A DNA stretch of 64,000 nt, from contig CAVNZM010000004.1 in NCBI GenBank assembly GCA_963693365.1, positions 9,328,468 to 9,392,467 of the forward strand. Reading direction: 5' to 3'. The notes beneath the pieces are model-generated. The model had not been told where the DNA came from. It did no database searches and saw nothing but the letters and a program-made list of their open reading frames with translations. This DNA is from Amoebidium appalachense (Eukaryota; Protista; Ichthyosporea). Positions 28,030-47,080 of the stretch are shown here, in pieces; positions within the stretch are counted from its first letter, which is position 1; each line of letters begins with the position of its first letter. The translations under genes were made by a program, and so were the position numbers.

Positions 28030-28339
28030 ATGTCTGTGTGTGGTTTGGGCGTTGATCTTTGCCATATGCCGCGCATAGCGCAGGCTATGAGTCGCCACGG
28101 GCCCAGGTCAGTCACGGTACGTCACTTGCACACAAGCACACAAAGAGAGACAGACACACACGCTGATACGCGGACACACACACTCACACACACCCCCGCG
28201 CACACACGCAATCATTCATGCGCACACACGCTCACACACGCGGACACGCAGTTACAACAACACACACACATGGGGACACACACCCACACCCACATCCACA
28301 CATCCTCAAACACACACAACCCCTCCCTCCCCCCCCCCT

Positions 28340-28370
<31 letters not shown>

Positions 28371-29246
28371 CCTTTCCCCCGCTCCCCGCCCCATAAACAC
28401 GCATGCATGCAGACACATGTTCGAGCTCAGCAATCACATCTATTGTAAGAATTTACGGAAACACACGCACACAGCTCAGCTCTTTTTCTGCTCTTTTCTT
28501 TCAGCTCTGTCTAAATTCCTTAAATCTTCTCTTGGTTCCCCATCCTACTTTAAACTCGAAACTAAGGATTTCTCTTTTAATCATCTCCTCCCTCATCTGG
28601 GGTGTACGTTTGTACCTGAGTGTCTGCGTGCGTGCCTGCGTGCACGTGTGTGGTGACGGTTGCGGTGGCGCGGTGGTTGGGGGTCTAGGGGGGAGGTGGG
28701 AGGGGGGTGCGGGAGGCGCAACTCTTTGTTTCAGCCAGTCACATGCATCAATTGGCATCAGTTAGTTGTACAACCATCTTCTCAATTTTCATTTCTTTAC
28801 TTACCTTTCTCGTGCCTTTCCCACCTACTTTTCCTGACTAGTTTCCTTCCGGATCCGCCCTGCTAGTCCTACTACCATCCCTTTTGCTCTGCAACCCTCC
28901 CCTCCCCCCCCCCCCCCCCCCTCCCCCCCGAGTTGGGTCTCGTGAATGAGGCGGAAGGATCGAACTCTGTTCCGTGGATGACTTGACCCCTCAGTGAGTT
29001 TGGGCTTTGCTTATAACCAGTGTTCTTTGTGTGTGCTGTAGGGCTCTGGTTATGATGCATGCCCTTCACGTGTGCACTACTAATTCTGCATGGTGTTGTC
29101 AGTTATGCATTTGTACCTCGCACTCGGTAATGGATTTTAGCCCCCCCCCCCCCTCCCCCTCCCCCTCCCCACCCCTCCATCTCGCTGCCTCCCGTCGAAC
29201 TTTTGACACGTCTCATACTCTTTCTCCCCCTCCCTCCCTCCCTCCC

Positions 29247-29279
<33 letters not shown>

Positions 29280-29589
29280 TTCGAGCGTGATAGAACATTT
29301 CAGTTGGTACAAGAATTGGGCTGAGCACCCCATGCAACTGTTTTCGATGCATTTTGAACCTTCCCCCCAAACCCCCCCTCCTCTTCCTCTCCCATTACTC
29401 CTACCTGCCCATGTATCTAAGTGGATGCGGGTCATCAATACTGAAATCTTAGCTATGTAGTTCTTAATGCTGTTACTTGAGCCATGTGAATGCACTTAAT
29501 CCCCCCCCCCCCCCCCCCCCCCTCCCTGCCCCTCCCAGCACACACGCCACCACCACAACCACCCCGAATGCTAGAAACACACACACACA

Positions 29590-29640
<51 letters not shown>

Positions 29641-29835
29641 TGCCTTCATCGGTAGGATCCAGTTCTATTAGCTTACGTTTTTTTTTTTTTTTTTTTTCGC
29701 CGGCTGGTCCTCCCCCCCCCCCCCCCCCTGCCCCCCCTCGCTCTCCTTGCTCGGCATTAGGAATTACCCCACTTCCCCTCCCCCTCCTTGCCTTGCTTTA
29801 TTCATTCCCCTCCCCCCATCTCCGTGCCTTGCTTA

Positions 29836-29870
<35 letters not shown>

Positions 29871-29934
29871 CTCCTCCCATCCCTCCTCTTGCCTTGCTCA
29901 TCCCCCCCCCCCCCCCCCCCCTTCCCCTCCTTGC

Positions 29935-29978
<44 letters not shown>

Positions 29979-32050
29979 CCCCTTCCCGTCTGCTGATCCG
30001 TCTCCTCGGTTTGGTTTGTCTCCATAACCCCGTGCAACCCCCCCCCCCCCCCCCCCCCCCCCCCGAACACACACACACACTAGGAATAGTCTAATAGAAT
30101 AGTTCGTTGGTTTTTACTTCCAGGTTTCTCAAGCGCATCTATTGCCCGGAGGAGATTGAAGAGTATGAGAGCAGAGTGGCGAGACAGCTAAGACCGCTGG
30201 AGTTCCTGGCATCCAGGTATGTGTTAAAATTTTACAATTAATATTAAACAGACTTTATAACTGTAAGAGCTGTGGGAGCAAAAGCCAATGAAACCTGTGT
30301 GAGGGGGGCATACAAGCTAACCCAGTTGGTACCGTCCAATCGACGTTAGAACAAGCCTGCACCCATTCGGATGACCAAAAGGATCAAGTTACATTTGTTA
30401 ACTTATGCATGACACGGATATAAATTGACCGCTCCCATTTGTACCGAGACTGGCTTCTATGTATCCTAGCAGAATATTGCTTTCTCGGGAGTACAAGTAA
30501 TGTGTTATGCGGAATATATGGGCTGTTTATAATGGTTTTGTTTCGGACAAAGAGTTTCCAGAAACCCATATATCTCCCCACCCGGCCCCCTCCCCCTCTC
30601 TCCCTTTCTTGCCCCCCCCCCCCCCCCCCCCCCCATTTGATTACTTGGGCCCTCCCTGAGGATGGGCTCTGCTTATGACGCATACTGTGCGCATTGCTGA
30701 TGTTGCATACTTGAATGTTTGTCTATGCATGTGTCCTGCACCATGCTTCTCGTCGTGTATATGTACTTCGTACCGTGTTCCGCATTCAACCCCCCCCCCC
30801 CCCCCCCCCCCCCCCTCCTCCCCTTCCCCTCTCCCGCTTACCCAGTGACCTTAATGGTTACGGTCTCTATGTACTCGTTTTTCAAAATTATGTCCTACAC
30901 ACCAAAACATACCTGTTTCCTCTTGTCTTCCTAAACCATTTCCCCGATTGTCGGCATTTTTATGTCAGTTTTCACCGATGTTCAAAACGAAAACCTTACG
31001 AAAATGTACTGAAATTTTATATTTTGGGCTTATGGTGCAGGTGGGCAGTCAAGGAGGCCATGTACAAGGCCACCTACCCTGAGCTGGTGTCGTGGAAGGA
31101 CACACGTGTACACGTCGTGAATGGTAAGTCAGTGGCCATCTCTTTCTTTCGTGTCTGGTGTGTGTGTGTGTGTGTGTGTGGTTTGTTTGTTTGGTGTGTG
31201 TGTGTGTGTGTGTTTGCGTGTGTGTGTGTTTGCGTGTTTGGGGTTTAGAGGCTGGCTTGTGTTTTTTGGAGAGGTATTGGCGGGTGTTGTAATGCCATAT
31301 TACTCTCTCTGTGTGTGCCGTTTGTCTCTTTTTTTCTTTTGGAAGGGGGGGGGGTGGGGGGGGGGGTGGGAGGAAGGGGTACAACCGAGGCAATTTTTTC
31401 GGGTGCAGAGGAGGGGGGCCGGGGGGAAGATCACCCAGGACAGAGGTGTGGGTGGAGGGGTGGGTTGGTGGTGGGGGTTTTCCGGGGGTGGTGGTGGTGG
31501 TGTGTGGGTGTGTTTGGGGGGGGGGAGGGGAGAGGGGGGAGAGGGGGGATGAGCTTGCCGGATGAGGCACTGCGAAAAGCATCGTTTGATGTTGGGGGAC
31601 AGAGAGAGGCATGTGGATCAGAGTAGACGGAGAGGAAGGGGGGGGGGGGGGGGAAGGCGTTGAAAGTGTGGATGGAAGGGCATGGTGGGGCCCGTGGGGC
31701 TTGGGATGTTGGAGAGGTGCCGGTTTGTCTGTTTGCTGGGGGAGAGGAAGGGGGGGGCCCGGGGGGGGGGGAGGGGGGAGGGGGGGAGGGGGGGGGGGGG
31801 GGGATGATAGAGGGGAAAGGGTTGGTATGTGCATTTGATTGAATTGCCGAGTTTTGTGTCCTAGTTTCCTTTTGTCTTGTTTCATATAATTGATTGTTTT
31901 ACGAATGGAGTTAGGCTGTGGGATGTGAGCGGTCAAGGTTATGGGCAAGGGTTTTGATGGTTGGTGTATGGGTGGGTGTGTTTGTGGGTGGATGGGTGGG
32001 CGGGTCGGTAGGGTGGGTGTTTGAGGGTGTTGGTATGCTTGTGCTCAAGA

Positions 32051-32084
<34 letters not shown>

Positions 32085-32519
32085 GGGGAGGAGGGAGCGA
32101 AGGGGGGGGGGGGGGGAGGGAGGAGGAGGGGGGGGGGGGAGGGTAGTAATGGACTGTGTGCGCGGCGTAGGTTTAGATTACTCCGTCACAGCATAAATTG
32201 AAAACGTTGAATTTTGTAAGTGAAAAAACTCCGGGGAACACACGTTATTATTAGATTAGACACAACAACGTGAATATGATGATAGGGCGCCAGATCAACC
32301 CACCCATAACTCCGTCTAATGTTCAAATACCAAACTATGACCCACACGCGTTGTTTTTTTAGCGTGATGTTCACCCCTGCATCTCTAACAGGCCGGCCCG
32401 AGATCGTCGGGTCTGCCCGATTGCAGGCAGCCATGCAGGCACGGGGTGCAAACCGAGCACTGGTGTCTATCAGCCACGATGGCGAATATGCAATGGCCCA
32501 GGTTCTGCTGCTGGGGTAG
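28030..32519 (+). CDS. acpS: Holo-[acyl-carrier-protein] synthase (AcpS-type 4'-phosphopantetheinyl transferase, Ppt2-like)
   Basis: Exons 28030-28106 (MSVCGLGVDLCHMPRI...), 30124-30216 (RFLKRIYCPEE...EFLAS), 31041-31123 (RWAVKEAMYKA...), 32392-32519 (GRPEI...VSISHDGEYAMAQVLLLG*). The motifs G-x-G-x-D, FLA-x-RWA-x-KEA-x-x-KA, G-x-P and SISHD-x-x-YA-x-A are the AcpS family signature. Confidence 0.95.
28928..29135 (+). repeat. Dispersed intronic repeat family, copy in AcpS intron 1
   Basis: gagttgggtctcgtgaatgagg...ggatgacttgaccc...tgggctttgcttat...gggctctggttatgatgcat matches the reverse complement of 58423-58510. Followed by poly-C. Confidence 0.75.
30640..30789 (+). repeat. Dispersed intronic repeat family, copy in AcpS intron 2
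   Basis: gggccctccctgaggatgggctctgcttatg...gtacttcgtaccgtgttccgcattcaa followed directly by poly-C. Colinear with the reverse complement of 58311-58450. Confidence 0.9.
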
Positions 32520-32675
32520 ACGGGTAAGATTTCCGCTCGCTGGTTAAAGGAATCCCCTCCGACGGTGGAAATTCGGGCTGGCTGGTTTGATGACCCCCCC
32601 CCCCCGACGGTGGAAATTTGGGCTGGCTGATATGACGAGTTCCCCCGACGGTGGACTTTTGGCTGGCTGGGTTTA
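32520..32675. repeat. Short degenerate tandem repeat just after the AcpS stop codon
   Basis: Three to four copies of cc(c)gacggtggaaatt..ggctggctgg. Confidence 0.7.
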
Positions 32676-32759
32676 TGTCCCTCCCCCCCCCCCCCCCCCC
32701 CCTTCTCATGCACACGATTTGAAGATGCACACACGGACATGTGCATGCGGGTGACACAC

Positions 32760-32878
<119 letters not shown>

Positions 32879-32989
32879 GCTGGCTGTCTGCCGAGCCCGT
32901 TGGCCTGAAACAAGCTCCCTGACCACCACTACGGCAGATCCCCCCCCCCCCCCCCCCAAAAAAAAAAAAAACCACCATGACCACCACCA

Positions 32990-33061
<72 letters not shown>

Positions 33062-33117
33062 AAAGCCTTGACCAATTTACACGCTAAGATCTGCTCGTGT
33101 TGTTTATGTTTGTGTGG

Positions 33118-40568
<7,451 letters not shown>

Positions 40569-41002
40569 GATGGAGATGGGCGCAAAGGTCACACACACGG
40601 GGTGTCAGTTAGTGTTACGGTATACAGAATTCAGCCCTAGGAGGATTTGAAGTACCACGTGTGTACTTGATAGCTCATGTGCTATAGCTATTGTGGCTCG
40701 AACAACCAATTCATATTTAGGCCTACATATAAGAACGTTCCTCGCTTTAGCCTACCACAAACAAACTGAAAAGTTCAAAACCTCAGTGTCACGAACCTTG
40801 CAAGAAAGGCCAAAATTCGAGACCCCGGAAAAGTTCCGCCAACCAGTAGTCGTCTATTCTAACTTTATATAGTTACTTTTTTTACTAATGACGTCATCGA
40901 ACGGTTGCTTTTCAAACGCTGCTCGCAACACACAAGCTCAGTTCACTGTCCGTTGAACTTCTCACGTTTTCTTCGCCTTCGGGCGTAAAACTAACCGTCA
41001 GG
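40569..41002. promoter_or_regulatory. Putative bidirectional promoter Isy1-like / SR protein
   Basis: 434-bp repeat-free interval between divergent ATGs. Contains the 10-bp palindrome ATGACGTCAT (40888-40897) and a CCAAT box near 40706. Confidence 0.6.
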
Positions 41003-43149
41003 ATGAGTCGTGTGTACGTCGGAAACGTGTCGTCGCGCACGCGGGAGGAGGACCTTGAGGATATGTTTGACCGCTACGGCAAGATCGTGCGTGTAGACAT
41101 GAAGTCTGGCTTCTGTAAGCACCCCTAACCCCTTTGCCTCCCTGCCCCCCCCCCCACCCCTCCCCCCCCCCCCCCTCCCCCCTCCTCCTCCCGTCCCCCT
41201 CTCTCCCCTACCCTCCACCCTCCCCTCTCTCCCCTTTTCCTCCCCCCCCCCCCCCCCCAGCCCAAAAGAAAACGCGCAAAAACACACACGCGCGCGCACG
41301 CACGCAGGCAGACACGCACGCATGCAGACACGCACGCACCCCCTCAGAAAAAGTGCAAAAACACACATGCACGCACGCACGCACGCACGGACGCACGCAT
41401 ACACACACACATACCACAGTATGCAAACCCACGCACGCACACCACATTAAACAAACACAGGCAGCACACCGCAGTATACAAACATACACGCACCCGCACA
41501 CACAACACACAGACACACACACAGGCTCTCGCGGGCTCACACAAAAAAAAGCCTTGGCAAATTGTCCTCCTCACCTGGTAGACCCCCCCCCGCCCACACA
41601 TACACACACACATTACTCTCCCTCCTCCCTGCTTCAGTGAATAGTTACATGTCCTCGCCCTCTTTCCCACCGTTTGCTCTGTCTCTCTCCCCCCCAACCC
41701 CCCTCCCCCTCCCCTAGTTGCTCCCTACCAAAACCCACCTACACACACAATACATATGACACATCCTTTCCCCACATCTCTCCTAGTCCCCCCCCCCCGC
41801 TCTCCCCCTCCTCCCGTCCTCACACCATCTTCACAGGCTTCATCGAGTTTGCCGACCCTCGTGATGCCGAGGATGCCATTGATGCCTTAAAAGGCAAGGA
41901 GCTGCATGGCAACCGCCTGCTGGTGGAGATGGCACGTGGGGCACGCACGGGAGGTTGGCCCTCCCCCCACCCCCCTCCCTTCCCCTGGCCCCCCTTTCCT
42001 CCCCAACCCTTTCCCGCCTCCTTTGCCCCCTCCCCCTCCCCTCCCTCCCCCCCTCTCCGCCCCTGCTTTACCCCCCCCTCCCTCCCCCCTCCCCTCCCCT
42101 CTATCCCCCCTTTTCCCACGACTAAGTATGTTGTTGCTCCTCGTCTCTCCCTCCATCTCCATGCACTCTCCTGCTTGTACTGGCATCACCTCTTTTCCCT
42201 GAAGTGTTCACTTGCCTTTTTTCTTTAGGTTCTCACCCACTAAAAAAGAACCTTGAAAAAAGAGAGAGAAGAAGGGGGAGGCGAAGGAGAAGATTAGAAA
42301 GAAAAACGAAAACAGAGGATAAAATCGCAAAAGACCCAAGTAGGCCTCTTCTTCTTTTTAAAGCTTCTTTCCATTCTTCAGGCGTATTCCACATCTCTCC
42401 TTCCTACACATGGCCTGCCCCCCCCCCCCCCCCCCCCCCTCCCCCTGCCCCTTCCACCACTGTTTTTCTAACTCACATATCCCCCCCCCCCCCCCCCCCC
42501 CCCCCTTCCTTCCCCGCTGCTGTACCTTATTCCTCATTCTTACCCCTGGTTTGGTCTCTACCCTTTCTCTATCCACTTTATCCACACCGTTTTTTTTCTT
42601 TCTTTTTTTTGTTGTGTAACCAACTTGTCTTTTTTCTCCCCTGCAGCCCCTATCCGTGGTGACCGGTGCTTTGTCTGCGGCCGCGATGGGCATTGGTAAG
42701 TGCAAAATCCCGTTTCAATTTGTGTGTGGGGCCGGGTTTGTGGGTGTTTTGCACAGACGGAGGCGTGGTGGGCTCAGAAGGGGAAACGGAGGATGGGGAG
42801 GGAATTAGCAGGCTGGCAAGGGCAGGGAGATTTTTTTTTTTTTTTTTTTTTGGGGGGGGGGGGAGGTTTTTTTTTTTTTTTTTTTTTTTTTGGAAGGGGT
42901 GGGGAGGGGGGGGGAGGGGGGGGCAGTGTGTGGGAGCTACTGTGCCAAGGGGCCTCACCACAATCAAAAATGAGGCGGGAACATGGAGAGAGAGGGGGGG
43001 CAAGAGGAGTGCAAACAACGGCTGCGCAGTGGAATGCAGCACATGTGTTCCACTTCATCTTTTCCTAGTTGCATTTTGCCGTGTTGTGGTTCGCAGTCGC
43101 TCCCTGGGCACCCGCGGGGGGGGGGGGGGGGGGAGGGCGAGGGGTCCCG

Positions 43150-43202
<53 letters not shown>

Positions 43203-44074
43203 GTGTTCCTAATGGGGTGTGCATGTGTAGCCTCTGGCCCGGGGAGGGTAGCTGAGCTTTCTGGACCTTATCTGGAGTTTTCCGGACCTCTTTTTGGACT
43301 CTTTTTCTGGAACCGAACCGAACGTTGCTGGAGGGTTTATGTTTCTGGACCCACTTATGGACCTAGGATGGACTCACTAATGGACCTGGTCTGGAGTCTG
43401 GACTGGGGTGAGAGCGGGTTGCACGGAATGTGCATAAAAAGACGTAAAAATGTATTTAAATATTAAGAGTAGGAATGTGCATAAAAGGGACAGGAACGTG
43501 CATAAAATGTCGAAAAATGTGCATACAGGACTGGAAGCGGGGAGTGTGTGGGGATGGGCAGTTTGAGTGCTCGCAGTATAGAGCCCCGGGTCTATGGGGG
43601 GTATGTATGTGTACAAGAGGGAGGGCCGAGGGCGAGGGAATGGGGTTGAACATATATCTCCGTTGTTTGTGTTTGTGTTTTTGTGTTTTTGTGTTTAGGT
43701 GTTACTGACTCGTGCACATCTGTGTGGGTGTGTGGAACGGGTGCGCCTGTCAACGTGCGCACTTGAACACGCAGGCGTGCACGCACACACCCAGAGTTGT
43801 GCGTGTTTCTTGGGTGATAGCGTTCACAGAGGTTTGCGTAGATACACGAATATTAGTTTTCTGTGCTGTGTGTGATGTACCTGTGCATGGAAATCGTACT
43901 CATCGAGTTCCCTCTCCCACGATGTCTCTCCCCCCCCCCTTGTGGTTGTGACCAGGTTCTAACACATGTGTCTGTACAGGGCTCGTGACTGCAAGTACGG
44001 AGCCGCGTGAGTTTACCCCCCTCCCCCCCCCCCCCCCCCCCCCCCCCCCCTTCATCCACGATGCCCCCCCCCCC

Positions 44075-44105
<31 letters not shown>

Positions 44106-44701
44106 ACCCCGCGTGCTTGTGTGTAAGCTTGTCGTTTGAGTGTGTGTGTGTGTATGAGTCTTTGTGGGTGTGCGTGTGTTCGAGTGATTTGAGCGAAATG
44201 ATAACAGAGGGCAGAAAGAGATATGAAGTATTTAGTTTTTATGTGTACGCATGCGCCACTAGCCCTAGGTGTGTGTTCTACCTTTCGTGTGTGCGTATTT
44301 CTCTGTGTGTACGTGAATTAACAAGTGTTATGTGTCATAGACAGGAATATAGGCATACATATATCTTCTTAGCAGCCTAAATATGGGCCTAAATATGGGC
44401 ATATATATATATCTTATCGGTCTAAATATGGGCATACATATATATATCTTATCGGTCTAAATATTAGCATACATATATCGGTCTAATCCTATAGTGTAGA
44501 AGGTGCACCACCATAAATATTATGGTGTTGTGCTGTTGTGCTCTTAAAGGAACCAAGGTCTCAGTGTGTGTAAATGACTGACATTATTCTACCGCCTATA
44601 CAGTACCGGAGACTGCCGCAGCGGGCTGTGCTTTAAATGTGGTCGTGACGGTCATCTGGCCAAAGATTGCCCGTATGCAAGCCCCCCTCCTCCCCCTTCT
44701 T

Positions 44702-44735
<34 letters not shown>

Positions 44736-46547
44736 AAGTGGTGCAAAGAACACCACACGAGCTCAGAGGCTCACTCGTTCACTGGTTCAAGCACATATTC
44801 GCTGAGAAACTAAAACAGACACGTACACACACATGCAGGCGTGTGCGCGCCCACACAGACACACACGTACACACCACACATGCATACACACACGCGCGCA
44901 CCTACATCCTCTTCCACACCTACCCCCACACACACATACATTCTGAACATGCACACGTGTTGCCACCGACCAATACCCACTCAACGACAAAGGACGCACT
45001 AACGTACCCATGCACGCACACACACACACATGCACACACACATGTACACACCCACACACACACACATGCACACACACACGTACACACACACACACACACA
45101 CATGCACACACACACGTACACACACACACACACATGCACACACACACGTACACACACACACACACACACATGCACACACACCCACACACACCCACACACA
45201 CACACGCGCGCACACATACACGTTTGGTACCCTTTCCACCTATGTAGGCACAACCTACACACTTATAGTTAAAGAAAAAAATTTCATCACTTGGTCTTCC
45301 ACGCTGAATTTTGATTGGCTAGATTCCTAATCACTTGCCATATTTGGGCATGCAGGAACCCTGCTGGCTCCGGGCGCAGGCGCAGGTGGGCCCCTCCCCC
45401 CCCTCCCTCCCCTCCCCCCCTCCTCCTTTCCCCCCCTCCACCCCTACTCTCCCCCTCCCAATCCCTCCTGCCCCCCCTCCCTCCCTCCCCGTCTTAACTC
45501 CTGGCACGTGTGCTTGATTGCGAGGTTAAGGGAGACCGGTAATGCAGTGTGTTTCCAGGCAGTATGTATGGTCGTATCATGCTCATGTTTAATGCAATAC
45601 TGTTTCTGAACATGCAATGGGTTACGTTATCGTTTACTGAACATGCAATGGGTTACATTATCGTTTACTGAAAATGCAATGGGTTACATTATCGTTTACT
45701 GAAAATGCAATGGGTTACATTATCGTTTACTGAACATGCAATGGGTTACAATTACTGTTATTAAATATGCAATGGGTTAACACTCACTACCCGCCTGGCA
45801 CGTTTGCATTCTTGCAGCCGCAGCCGTAGCTACTCTCCACGCAGGAGGTAACTCCCCCCCCCCCCCCCCCCCCCCCCAACACACACACCCCTTATGAATG
45901 CTTTTTTTATGTGTGTTTTGCACTCTGCATGACGTTGTCTGCTATCAATATGTACTTCATACTCTATGCCGTATGTTGAAAACCCTTTTCCTCCTGTGCA
46001 CGTTAAATTGTTATCTTCTGTTATTACTTTATATCCTATAATTCATGAAAATAATGCTGTTATTCCTATACTTGTCGTTGCTAATATTCCTGCACCTTTG
46101 CCCCTTTAAATCTCCCAGAAAGGCCAGCTCCTATCCGTTTTCGGTGTAAGAATGTACTGCGGACCATACTCGTTTTTACCCCTCCACCATTTTCCGGCTA
46201 TTTGTGTGTTGTAAATGGCATGCCACGCAAGTAAACGTGGGAAAGGGAAGGGGGCGAACGGTAGGCATCAAAGATTGTGGGAGTCGGGTGGGGCGCTCTG
46301 GAATGGTGGGCGATTGAGCGGGAATACCAAAGGAGAGAACAGGTCAAATACATGGAATGAAGTGTGGTTGAAGGGCTTTCTGGGAGTAAAATGAGGAAGA
46401 AAGGGGGGAGGGGGGGGGAGGGGGGGGGGGGGGGCAGGCGGAGAAGGTTTGTGTGTGTGGTGTGTGTGTGTGTTTGTCCGTGCACGTTCGTGTGGGTTTT
46501 TTTTTTTTTTTTTTTTTTTTTTGTGTGTTTGTGTGTGGGTGGGTGGG

Positions 46548-46585
<38 letters not shown>

Positions 46586-46903
46586 GGAAGGGAAAAGAGG
46601 GAGGGGGTTTCTGACTGTGGCCCATATTCACACGTGTGTTTTCAGGTCACGCAGCCGTTCCCGCAGCAGAAGCAGATCAAGAAGCAGAGACCGCAGACGG
46701 AGGTGGGTTCCCCGTGTGTGTGTATGTGTGTGTGTGTGTGTGTGTGTACGTTTGCCGGCTGTGCGTGTATGTGGGCGTGTTTGGACGGGTGTAGGTTTTG
46801 GTTGGGCTGGGAGGGGAGGGGGGGGGGGGGGGGGGGGGGGGGAGGGACTGTTTTAATTTCTATGAACTACTTTCCTTCTCTCTACCCTTGCCCACTAACT
46901 AAG

Positions 46904-46944
<41 letters not shown>

Positions 46945-47017
46945 AAAAAAAAAAAAAGCCCACCCACACACCAAAAGAAGACACACGCACACATGAACAC
47001 ATACACACACGGATACG

Positions 47018-47080
<63 letters not shown>

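Noticed and set aside
30645-30680. CUGAGGA in the intronic repeat as a hammerhead ribozyme core (Penelope/retrozyme-like)
   Set aside because: No stem II closed by GAAA follows the CUGANGA in any copy. The only GAAAC lies upstream and I could not build the three-stem junction.
40985-41001. GT...CTAAC...CAG just before the SR start codon as a 5'UTR intron
   Set aside because: Only 17 nt from the nearest GT, far shorter than other introns here. No upstream donor could be established.
45606-45780. 31-bp repeat array resembling a CRISPR repeat in length
   Set aside because: Units are head-to-tail with no unique spacers, there are no cas genes, and it lies in a eukaryotic intron. It is a minisatellite.
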